From: an uncultured delta proteobacterium
GTDB taxonomy: Bacteria > Myxococcota > UBA727 > VGSZ01
Reading direction: 5' to 3'
Length of the DNA: 64,000 bases
Assembly (NCBI GenBank): GCA_963775425.1
Contig: CAVZJB010000003.1
Span: 192,001 to 256,000 of the forward strand
The position numbers and the translations under genes were made by a program. This document shows positions 42,061 to 50,537 of the stretch, one piece after another. Each line of letters opens with the position of its first letter. The stretch's first letter is position 1. The notes under the pieces were generated by a model, which searched no databases, was not told the origin of the DNA, and saw nothing but the letters and a program-made list of their open reading frames with translations.

Positions 42061-42845
42061 CGCTGGCGCGACGCCTGTGCGCCCTGGTCCCCTGCGACGA
42101 CGGCGGCAAACCCAAACGGCGCTTCGACAAGGGCGGCCTCGAGGTCGACTTCGTCGAGGCCATCGCCCACCACCTCGCCAACGACGGCGCCGACGAGGTG
42201 TGGCTGCGCCTCGACCCCGCCGCGGGCAACGCCGGCGCCCGCGGGCCGAACGCGCTGTACGGCCCGCTCGCCGTCCTCGAGCGGCGCACCTTCGTCCCCG
42301 TGGTGGCGTGGGCGCACGCGCCGACGCCCGCGGACGCGCGGCTGCTGCTCGGCTTCGGCGCCGACCGCGTCGTCGTCGACGTCAACCTGGGCCTGCCCAA
42401 TCCGCTCGGCTTCGTGTCGCGCATCGTGCAGACCGCGGGGAGCGATCGCATCACCGCCGCCATCGCCGTGCGCCGCTTCGTCGGCGACAAGGGCGTGGTC
42501 TGGGAGCTCGTCGATCCGCAGGGGCAGGGCACGGGGCTCGACGCCATCGTGCTCGCCGAGCGGCTGCCGGCGGTGGGCGCGTGCGAGATCCTGCTCGTGC
42601 CGTCGGTGCAGGCGCCGCAGAGCGAGCGCTTCGTGCACGACGGCGAGCTCATCGAGCAGGTGTCGTCGCTGTCGAGCGTCCCCGTGCTCTCCGTCGGCGA
42701 CGACCGCGAGATCGCCGACCTCGCCGCGCCGCTGTTGATGGGCGCCGACGGCGTGGTGAGCGACCTGTTCTCGTCGGGCAAGCCCGCGATCACCACCGCC
42801 AAGCTCGCCCTCGCCGCGTATGGCCTCCCCCTGCGCCCGCCGTAA
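42057..42845 (+). CDS. HisF-like TIM barrel, catalytic and phosphate-binding motifs lost
   Basis: LARR.., GADEV, GADRV, GACEILL, PV.SVG and GADG are colinear with HisF; AIDAK->AIAVR, VGGG->AWAH. Confidence 0.8.
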   Translation: MTLARRLCALVPCDDGGKPKRRFDKGGLEVDFVEAIAHHLANDGADEVWLRLDPAAGNAGARGPNALYGPLAVLERRTFVPVVAWAHAPTPADARLLLGFGADRVVVDVNLGLPNPLGFVSRIVQTAGSDRITAAIAVRRFVGDKGVVWELVDPQGQGTGLDAIVLAERLPAVGACEILLVPSVQAPQSERFVHDGELIEQVSSLSSVPVLSVGDDREIADLAAPLLMGADGVVSDLFSSGKPAITTAKLALAAYGLPLRPP

Positions 42846-42931
42846 GCTGAGCGCCGGCCGCCGTGGAGCCGCACGCGTGTTTCGGGCGCCGCCGATTTAC
42901 CGTCGAAGTTGACCGTGTTAGCGCGCCCGCC

Positions 42932-45247
42932 ATGCGACGCCTCGCCTTGCGGCCCCTCGTGGTTGCTCTCGCGTCCCTCGCGCTCGGCGGCTGCGTCGTG
43001 CGCGGTCACCCCGGGGACGGCGCCGGCAGCGAGGCACCGGCGCCCAATCCCGGCGGCGGCGACCCCGGCGGCGGCGACCCCGGTGCCGTCGATGCGGGGC
43101 CCGACCATCCCGGCACCCAGACAGGCGCCCAGCTCTATGCCTCGCTGTGCGCGAGCTGCCACGGCGACGCCGGCGCCGGCACCCCGAGCGCGCCCGCGCT
43201 GAACCGTTGGACCGCCCCGCGCGACGCGCTCGTGAGCACCATCCAGGCGCGCATGCCCCAGGGCGACCCGCAGGCGTGCACCGGCGACTGCGCGTCCCTC
43301 GTCGCCGACTTCATCCTGGACGAGCTTCAGGCGGCGACGCCGTCGTCGTGCGCGAGCGTCGACCTCACCGCCGCCGACGCGCTGCCGCCGCAGGCGCTGC
43401 GCCTGCTCACGCGCGACGAGTACCGCCGGAGCGTCAAGGATCTGCTCGGGCTCACCGAGACTCCGTGCGCCGCCACCACCGACTGCCGCGTCGAGAGCGA
43501 GAGCTGCGTCGAGGGCGCCTGTCGCGCCGACGCGTGCGACGTCGTCACGTTCCTCTACAATCCGCCCGGGAGCGGGGCGGTCAACACCACCGTCCACGTC
43601 GCCGGCGACTTCAACGGCTGGGCGCCTCACGCCGCCGACGGGGTCGCCCTCGCCTGGAGCGACGCCCTGGGCCTGTGGTGGGGCAAGGCGCAGCTCCCTT
43701 CGGGCGCGCACGCGTACAAGCTGGTGCTCGACGACGCCACGTGGATCGCCGACCCGCGGGCGCAGCGCTCCGTGTCCGACGGCTTCGGTGGACAAAACTC
43801 CGTCGTCGACGTCGCGTGCGACGCCGGCAGCGGCGCCGCAGACGGCGGCGACTTCGCCGCGCGCATCCCGCCGGACAGCCACCCGGAGACGTTCCCGTTC
43901 GCCAGCCACGCGGCCTCCGGCCTCGTCACGCCCACGCACGTCGACGAGTACCTCCAGGCGTCCGCGCGCGCCGTCGCCGCCGCGCACTTCGACACCGCCG
44001 CGTCCGCGCCGCGCCCGGGCGACGCCGCCTCCGTGCGCGCCTTCGGCCGCCGCGCGTTCCGCCGCCCGCTGACCGACGACGAGGTCACCCGCTACGCCGC
44101 GCTGCCGTCCACCACGGCCATCGCGCAGGCGATGCTGTCGTCGCCGGCCTTCCTGTACCGCAGCGAGATAGGCGCGCCCGTCGCGGGCGCCGCCGGCGAC
44201 GGCGGGGTGTTCCACCTCGACCCGTACGAGACCGCCACGGCGCTCTCGTACCTGTTTTGGGGCACCACCCCCGACGACGCGCTCCTCGACGCCGCCGCGG
44301 CGGGCGCGCTCGACGGCGCCGACGGCGTCGAGGCGCAGGCGCGCCGTCTGCTCGCCGACCCGCGCGCGCAGGAGATCATGGGCGCGTTCGCGCTGCAGTG
44401 GCTCGGGGCCGACAAGGTCATCACCGTCGACAAGTCTCCGACGCTCTACCCGTCGTTCGACGCCGCCGTGCGCGCAGACCTCGCGCGCGAGACCGAGCTG
44501 TACTTCTCGCACGTGATGTTCGAGGGCACCGGCCGCTACGACGAGCTGCTCACCGGCACGCGCTCGTACGTCACGCCGCGCACCGCTGCGCTGTACGGCC
44601 TCGGCGCGCCCGCCGGCGGCGCCGACGCCCCTGCGCTCGTCGACATGCCCGCCGATCGGCGCGGCGTGCTCTCGCAGGCGAGCGTCATGGCGGCCACGGC
44701 GCACTCCGAGCAGACGAGCCCCATCCACCGTGGCCTCTTCGTGCGCCGCCGCTTGCTGTGCCAGGACCTCGGCACGCCGCCGCCGAACGCGGGCAGCGTC
44801 CCCGACGTCGACCCCAGCGCCACCACGCGCGAGCGCTTCGCCCAGCACACGGCCAATCCGTTCTGCGCGAGCTGCCACGGGTACATCGACCCCGTCGGCT
44901 TCGGCTTCGAGGGCTACGACCCCGTGGGTGCGCGGCGCAGCACCGAAAACGGCCTCCCCGTCGACGACAGCGGCGACATGAACGACGTCGAGGGCCTCGG
45001 CACCGACACCCACGCGCCGTTTCATTCGATGGACGAGCTCGCCGCCATCCTCGCCGGCAGCGCGTCGTCGAAGCGGTGTTTCGTCCGCCAGGTGGTGCGC
45101 TTCGCCCAGGGCCGCGACCCGTCGACCTCGACGGGCGAGACCTGCGCCCTCGACGCGCTCGACCAGAGCTTCGCCGGCGGCGACCTCAAGCAGCTCTTCA
45201 TCGACGTGGTGCGCGCCCCGTCGTTCGTGATGCGGAGGGCCCCGTGA
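42932..45247 (+). CDS. Lipoprotein: cytochrome c + DUF1587/1595/1592/1588/1585 with inserted CBM48-like domain
   Basis: Lipobox LGGC, two CASCH heme motifs, RLLTRDEY..SV.DLLG, RAFRRP, SPAFLYR, TSPIHRG, IDPVGFGFE; VAGDFNGW...YK...W.ADP...DGFGGQNS. Confidence 0.88.
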   Translation: MRRLALRPLVVALASLALGGCVVRGHPGDGAGSEAPAPNPGGGDPGGGDPGAVDAGPDHPGTQTGAQLYASLCASCHGDAGAGTPSAPALNRWTAPRDALVSTIQARMPQGDPQACTGDCASLVADFILDELQAATPSSCASVDLTAADALPPQALRLLTRDEYRRSVKDLLGLTETPCAATTDCRVESESCVEGACRADACDVVTFLYNPPGSGAVNTTVHVAGDFNGWAPHAADGVALAWSDALGLWWGKAQLPSGAHAYKLVLDDATWIADPRAQRSVSDGFGGQNSVVDVACDAGSGAADGGDFAARIPPDSHPETFPFASHAASGLVTPTHVDEYLQASARAVAAAHFDTAASAPRPGDAASVRAFGRRAFRRPLTDDEVTRYAALPSTTAIAQAMLSSPAFLYRSEIGAPVAGAAGDGGVFHLDPYETATALSYLFWGTTPDDALLDAAAAGALDGADGVEAQARRLLADPRAQEIMGAFALQWLGADKVITVDKSPTLYPSFDAAVRADLARETELYFSHVMFEGTGRYDELLTGTRSYVTPRTAALYGLGAPAGGADAPALVDMPADRRGVLSQASVMAATAHSEQTSPIHRGLFVRRRLLCQDLGTPPPNAGSVPDVDPSATTRERFAQHTANPFCASCHGYIDPVGFGFEGYDPVGARRSTENGLPVDDSGDMNDVEGLGTDTHAPFHSMDELAAILAGSASSKRCFVRQVVRFAQGRDPSTSTGETCALDALDQSFAGGDLKQLFIDVVRAPSFVMRRAP

Positions 45248-46677
45248 AGCACCCGTCCCCTCCGCGCCGCCCGAGCGTCGCGGCACCGTCGTCGTCACCG
45301 TTGCGCTTCCGGCGGCGCAGCGTGCTCCAGGCGCTCGGCGGCGCCGCGCTCGCGCTCCCCTTCGTCGACCTGCTGCGCGCTGGCCGCGCGCGCGCCGACG
45401 GCAACGGCTTCGCCCAACGCGCGATCTTCATGTACTTCCCCGACGGCGTCAGCGGCCCGTCACAGAGCGGCGAGCCCTCGGAGTGGCACTGCACCGGCAG
45501 CGAGCACGACTTCACGCTGCAAAGCCAGCTCCAGCCGCTCAGCGCCCACAAGGGCGACTGCGTGTTCCTGAACGGCGTGTCCTCGGGGCCCACCGACAGC
45601 GGCAGCCACCCCGGCGGCGCCAAGAAGCTGCTCACCGCCGTCGACGGCGGGTACGGCCAGTCCCTCGATCAATACCTCGCGTCCACCGTGTTCTCGGCGT
45701 CGCCGTGGCGCCACCTCTACCTCGGCGCCATGGCCACGCAAAACGGCGCGTCGGGCGACAAGCACATCTCGTATCCGACCGCGGGCGAGAGCGTCGCGCC
45801 CGAGGACAACCCGCGCGTCGCGTTCCAGCGCCTCTTCGGCGCCTCGTCCCCGTCGAGCGGCGCGAGCGACCCCGGCGCCGTCGGGGGCGCGGTCGGCGCC
45901 CCCGATCCGCGCGTCAGCATCCTCGACGTCGTGCAGGCCGACCTCGCCGACCTCCGCGGGCGGCTCGGCGGCGTCGAGCAGCAGAAGCTCGACGTCCACC
46001 TCGAGAGCGTCCGCGAGATCGAGCAGCGCATCCAGGCCACGCCGCCGCCGGCGCCGGCGTCGTGCGCGAGCCCGTCGCTCGACTACGCCGTCGACGACGC
46101 GTCGCTGTACGACCCGGGCCGCTTCCCCGAGGTGTGGAAGGCGCAGATCGACGTCTGCGTGCTCGCCATGTCCTGCGGCGTGACCCGCTGCGCCACGCTC
46201 CAGGCGTCGCACCACACGAGCGAGCTCATCATGAGCCGCTTCCCCGCCACCGAGATGTACGACCAGAGCTTCGACATGCGCAGCCACCAGGCGTCGCATT
46301 ACGGGGCCACCCACGATCCCTCGCACCTCGAGTACGCGCGCTTCGTGCAGCAGCGGCGCTGGTTCGTCTCTCAGCTCTCCTACCTCCTCGACCAGCTCCA
46401 GGCGCGGCCCGACCCCGGCGTGCCCGGCGCCAGCCTGCTCGACACGTCGGTGGTCCTCCTGTGCTCGGAGATCTCCGACGGCAACACGCACTCGCACGAC
46501 AACCTGCCTTTCCTCCTCGCCGGCCGCGCCGGCGGGAAATTCTCGACGGGGCGGCTGCTCGACGTCGGCTACGAGCGGCACCACAAGCTGTTGACGTCCA
46601 TCGCGCGCGCGTGCGGCAGCGACATCGACGGCTTCGGGCAGGACTCCGGCGGCACGCTCCCCGGTCTGCCGGTCTGA
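45244..46677 (+). CDS. DUF1552 family protein with Tat-type signal
   Basis: FRRRSVL...LALPF, YFPDG, SLDQ, KLDVHLESVREIE, SLLD, H...NLP..LAG; usual partner of DUF1592 proteins. Confidence 0.88.
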   Translation: MKHPSPPRRPSVAAPSSSPLRFRRRSVLQALGGAALALPFVDLLRAGRARADGNGFAQRAIFMYFPDGVSGPSQSGEPSEWHCTGSEHDFTLQSQLQPLSAHKGDCVFLNGVSSGPTDSGSHPGGAKKLLTAVDGGYGQSLDQYLASTVFSASPWRHLYLGAMATQNGASGDKHISYPTAGESVAPEDNPRVAFQRLFGASSPSSGASDPGAVGGAVGAPDPRVSILDVVQADLADLRGRLGGVEQQKLDVHLESVREIEQRIQATPPPAPASCASPSLDYAVDDASLYDPGRFPEVWKAQIDVCVLAMSCGVTRCATLQASHHTSELIMSRFPATEMYDQSFDMRSHQASHYGATHDPSHLEYARFVQQRRWFVSQLSYLLDQLQARPDPGVPGASLLDTSVVLLCSEISDGNTHSHDNLPFLLAGRAGGKFSTGRLLDVGYERHHKLLTSIARACGSDIDGFGQDSGGTLPGLPV

Positions 46678-46719
46678 GTCTTTGCTGGCGCGGCGGGTGC
46701 GGCGGCGGTAGGAGGGCGC

Positions 46720-47178
46720 ATGGGGCTGTACAGCGACATCGGCACGGCGTGGAAAGAGGCGATGAAGGCGCGCGATCCCAAGAAGGACGTGCTCAGCGCC
46801 ATCCGCACCGAGGTGAAGAACAAGGTCATCAACACCCGCTCCTCCGGCGGCGGCGAGATCGACCCGCCCGACGACGTCGTCCTCGACGTGCTCAAGAAGA
46901 TGGCCAAGCAGCGCAAGGAGTCCGTCGAGGAGTACACCAAGGGCGGGCGCCAGGACCTCGTCGACAAGGAGCAGTTCGAGCTCTCCGTCATCGAGAAGTT
47001 CCTCCCCGCCGGCCTCGCGCCCGACGCCCTCGCCGCGCTCGTGAAGGAGGCCGTCGCCGAAAGCGGCGCGAGCGGGCCCAAGGACATGGGCAAGGCGATG
47101 AAGGCGGCCATGGCCAAGGTCGCCGGCCGCGCCGACGGCAAGGACGTGCAGGCCGCCGTCAAGGCCGCGCTCGGCTGA
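46720..47178 (+). CDS. GatB/YqeY domain protein
   Basis: KEAMKARD, KQRKES.E.Y..GGR.DL, FLP, KDMGK.M, GRADG. Confidence 0.93.
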   Translation: MGLYSDIGTAWKEAMKARDPKKDVLSAIRTEVKNKVINTRSSGGGEIDPPDDVVLDVLKKMAKQRKESVEEYTKGGRQDLVDKEQFELSVIEKFLPAGLAPDALAALVKEAVAESGASGPKDMGKAMKAAMAKVAGRADGKDVQAAVKAALG

Positions 47179-47183
47179 CTCAG

Positions 47184-47211
47184 CGCGGCCGCTCCCTCCG
47201 GTCGGTGATCG
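47184..47211 (+). repeat. Dispersed hairpin repeat, copy 4 (between convergent genes)
   Basis: CGCGGCCGCTCCCTCCGGTCGGTGATCG, identical to copy 3. Confidence 0.75.
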
Positions 47212-47218
47212 GCGTCAG

Positions 47219-49051
47219 CTACGCCGCGCGCCGGTCGAGGAGGTCGTGCTGGTCCTGCGCGTCGGCGTCGGCGCCCAGGGGGAGACGCACGAAGAACGAC
47301 GTGCCCGTCCCGGGTGACGACTGCACCTCGAGGCTGCCTTCGTGTTTGTCCACCACGACGGACCACACGATGGCCAGGCCCTGGCCGGTGCCCTTGCCCA
47401 CGGGCTTGGTGGTGAAGAACGGGTCGAAGATGCGGTTCTTGATGGCGTTGGGGATGCCCGCGCCGTCGTCGTTGAATTCGATCTCGGCGAAGTCGCCGCG
47501 GCGCCGGGCGTGGATGCGGATGTGCCCGCGGTCGCCGCAGGTGGCGTGCCGCTCCCCGATGGCGTGGGCCGCGTTCACGATCATGTTCAGGAACGCCTGA
47601 GAGAGCTCGTCGCGCAGCGCGGGCACGCGCGGGAGGTCGTCGTCGACGACGATGTCGAGGTCGGCCACGTACTTCCACTCGTTGCGCGCGATGACCGCGG
47701 TGGTCTCGAGCACCTCGCGCATGCCGACGTTCTCCTTCACCCCGCGGCTCGGGTGCGAGAAGTCCTTCATCGCGCGCACGATGGCGGTGACCCGTTGGAT
47801 GCCCTCGAGCGCCTCGGCGACGGCCTTCGGCACCTCCTCCCGGAGGTACGCGACGTCGCCCTTCTGCTCGATGAGCTTCGTGAAGCTGCGCTCGACGAAG
47901 AGCGTGTTGTCGGAGATGTACTGCATCGGCGTGTTGATCTCGTGGGCGATGCCCGCCGCGAGCTGACCGATGGCGGCGAGCTTCTCGCTTTGCAGGAGCT
48001 GCGTGCGCGAGAGCGCGAGCTTGTTGATCATCGTGTTGAAGCTCACCGCGAGGCTCGCGAGCTCGAGGTCGCCGGTGACGGGCACGCGTGCGTTGAGGTC
48101 GCCCTCGGCGATGGCGCGCGCGGCGGTCTCCACGTCGGCGAGCGGTCGCAGTTGGCGCTTGATCAGCCGGTCTGCGAAGAAGGCGAACAGCACGAGCGCC
48201 GCCAGCATGAGGGCGATGCTCGCGCCGGTGGCCAAGCGCGAAAACAGCATCATGATGCTCACCGGCACGAGCATCGCCACGGTGGCCTCGCTCCCCTCAC
48301 CCAGCGGGCGCTGCAGCACGAACATGGACACGCTCTTGTTGCCGCGCTCCGGCCAGTTCTCGCGCGTCATCGTCGAGGTGGCGTAGCCGCCGTACGGGCG
48401 CGCGAGCTTCAGGTCGACGGCGCTGAACGAGTCCCCCGCCGCGCGCGGGAGCGCCGGCTCGAGGCGCTTGCCCTCGATGTCGCGCAGCGTGGAGGCGACG
48501 TCGGCGTCGGAGAGCACCATGACGTCGACCGCGGCCGCGCGGGAGATGGTGTCGGCGTAGTCCTCGTCGACGCGGTGCGCCGCCCAGACCTCGACGCCGG
48601 CGTGCTCCTGCCGCGCCGCCAGCCAGGGGGTGCCCGCGCACGACAAGAAGCCCCGTGAGCGGACCGCGGCGAGCCGCGACAGGTCGCAGGGCAGGCCGCC
48701 GGCGACGGTGTGGCCGGCGGCGCGCACCATGTACGCGTCGTCCGGGTCGCGCGCCGGCCAGGCGGAGTCGACGGCGGCGCGCGCGGCGCCCCCGTCGCCG
48801 GAGACGGCGGCGCGGCGCAGCACGTCGCTGGCGGCGAGGGCCGCGGCCTCGTGGCCGAGCTCCGTCAGCATCGTGTCGTTTTCGACGCTGGTGGCGTTTT
48901 CGATGTTGGCGTGCAGCCAGGAGTCGGCGCCGACGCGGCCGGCGTAGTAGTTCACGGCCGCGGACGCGGTCACCTGCGCCACGCCGCACACCGCCACGAG
49001 CGCCACCACCGTGGTGAGCCATCGACGCCGGGCGGAGCGGGGGTGTGCCAC
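47219..49051 (-). CDS. HAMP-domain sensor histidine kinase (NtrB-like)
   Basis: Two TMs with a periplasmic domain, HAMP, EKLAAIGQLAAGIAHEINTP, NAAHA, DDGAGI, FDPFFTTK, GTGQGL. Confidence 0.93.
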   Translation of the reverse strand: MAHPRSARRRWLTTVVALVAVCGVAQVTASAAVNYYAGRVGADSWLHANIENATSVENDTMLTELGHEAAALAASDVLRRAAVSGDGGAARAAVDSAWPARDPDDAYMVRAAGHTVAGGLPCDLSRLAAVRSRGFLSCAGTPWLAARQEHAGVEVWAAHRVDEDYADTISRAAAVDVMVLSDADVASTLRDIEGKRLEPALPRAAGDSFSAVDLKLARPYGGYATSTMTRENWPERGNKSVSMFVLQRPLGEGSEATVAMLVPVSIMMLFSRLATGASIALMLAALVLFAFFADRLIKRQLRPLADVETAARAIAEGDLNARVPVTGDLELASLAVSFNTMINKLALSRTQLLQSEKLAAIGQLAAGIAHEINTPMQYISDNTLFVERSFTKLIEQKGDVAYLREEVPKAVAEALEGIQRVTAIVRAMKDFSHPSRGVKENVGMREVLETTAVIARNEWKYVADLDIVVDDDLPRVPALRDELSQAFLNMIVNAAHAIGERHATCGDRGHIRIHARRRGDFAEIEFNDDGAGIPNAIKNRIFDPFFTTKPVGKGTGQGLAIVWSVVVDKHEGSLEVQSSPGTGTSFFVRLPLGADADAQDQHDLLDRRAA

Positions 49052-49088
49052 ACCCCTCGAATCGGCGGGGCCCGAACAACCTTGAGCG

Positions 49089-50279
49089 TCAGGCGCCCGT
49101 GATCCATCGGGCGGTCATGAAGACGAGGGAGGCCGCGAACGCGGCGACCAGCAGCGCCGCCGTCAGCGAGACGGCCTTCCCCCTCACGAGCGCGGGCGCG
49201 CGCACCGGGCCGCCGGCGGCGCCGGCCCGGAGCCGCGGCGCCAGCAGCGCACACAGGCCCGCGCCGGCGAGGGCGCCGCCGAGGTGTGCGACGCCGTCGA
49301 CGCCGGGCAGGAGCGAGATGACCACGTTCACCCCGATGAGCCCGATCCAGGAGCGCACCGGCAGCCGGGGGCCCGCCAACGGCTGGGTCCGGTAGCGCAG
49401 CGTAGAGACCCCCAGGGCCCCGACCAGCCCGAAGATCCCACCCGACAGCCCCACGGTGGCGACGTCGTGCGCGGACACCGAGAGCACCGCGCCGAACAGG
49501 GCGCTGCCGAGGAGGATGACGAGGAAGCCGGCGCGGCCGAGCCAGCGCTCGAACACGGGTCCCACCGACAGCAGGGCCGCCCCGTTCAACAGCAGGTGCA
49601 GCTCGCCCATGTGGAGAAACGGCGCGGTGAACAGGCGCCAGAACCCGCCGTGGATGACGAGGTCGCGGTTGGCGGCGCCGAGGTCGATGATGGCGTTCCC
49701 ACCCGCGCGCACGGCCGCGATGCGCTCGAGGATCAACACCGCGACCATCACGCCGCCGACGGCGTAGACCGCCGCCGGCCGCTTGTCGTTCACCTCGGCG
49801 GCGCGCGCGTTGCGCGCGAGGACGCCCGACAGCCGCGGGCCGAGCCGCGCGTGCACCGCCGCTGCGGCCGCGTCCGCGCCGCCGTCGACGAAGCTCCGCT
49901 TCGGGATGACGCGCGCGACGCCGGCGCCCGCGACGACCAGGCCGATCTTGCCGTTGAACGCGAGCGTGACGGCGTCGAGCGGGATGTCCGCGGGCGGGGC
50001 GCCGCCGAGCGCCGGCACCGAGATGCCGGCGTCGTCGACGACGAGCGCGCCGGGCGTCCGCCGTCGAAGGCGTCGCACGAGCGCCACGGCGACGGGCCAG
50101 CCGAACACCGCCACCGGCACCAGCAGCAGCGGCGGCACCGCCTGGGCGGCGGCGCGCAGCATCACGGCGGCCGCGACGGACACGAGCAGGACCACGACGG
50201 CCGTGACGACGAGGAGCAGGGGCGGCGGTGGCTCGCGCAGTCGAAACCGCGCCTGCGCCGGGACGTCCGAGAGCTCCAT
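49089..50279 (-). CDS. Rhomboid family intramembrane serine protease with N-terminal extension
   Basis: WRLFTAPFLH, HLLLN, GLSG, AHLGG. Confidence 0.88.
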   Translation of the reverse strand: MELSDVPAQARFRLREPPPPLLLVVTAVVVLLVSVAAAVMLRAAAQAVPPLLLVPVAVFGWPVAVALVRRLRRRTPGALVVDDAGISVPALGGAPPADIPLDAVTLAFNGKIGLVVAGAGVARVIPKRSFVDGGADAAAAAVHARLGPRLSGVLARNARAAEVNDKRPAAVYAVGGVMVAVLILERIAAVRAGGNAIIDLGAANRDLVIHGGFWRLFTAPFLHMGELHLLLNGAALLSVGPVFERWLGRAGFLVILLGSALFGAVLSVSAHDVATVGLSGGIFGLVGALGVSTLRYRTQPLAGPRLPVRSWIGLIGVNVVISLLPGVDGVAHLGGALAGAGLCALLAPRLRAGAAGGPVRAPALVRGKAVSLTAALLVAAFAASLVFMTARWITGA

Positions 50280-50468
50280 GGGCGAAGCATGGCGTCCGGC
50301 GCCCGCGTCGCCAACCCACGTGTGCGTCGCGCGCGGCGGAGCCCGGCGGGCCCGCGTCGTGCTTGGCGCGCACGGTGTCAGGTGGACGGCGCGTCCTGAC
50401 GCGACAGCGATGTCGCTCTTCGCGGCGCGAGCGCAGCGCGACGGCGCGAGGCGACGCCACGCGCGAGC

Positions 50469-50485
50469 TTGGCGCGCGGGATGCT
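50469..50485 (+). promoter_or_regulatory. Candidate sigma54 -24/-12 promoter
   Basis: TTGGCGCG-CGGG-ATGCT (GG-N10-GC) about 50 nt upstream of RBS GGGGAGG and ATG 50538. Confidence 0.45.
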
Positions 50486-50537
50486 GAGGTCGCGGCCACA
50501 TCCGCGGCGCTGCGGCGGCGGACAAAGGGGAGGTTTC

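Noticed and set aside
41416-42845. Functional hisH/hisF gene symbols
   Set aside because: Catalytic Cys, His and Asp and the phosphate-binding loops are substituted, so symbols were withheld
46685-46701. Sigma54 promoter upstream of yqeY
   Set aside because: GG-N10-GC spacing fits, but the -12 element is poor and such matches are common at this GC content
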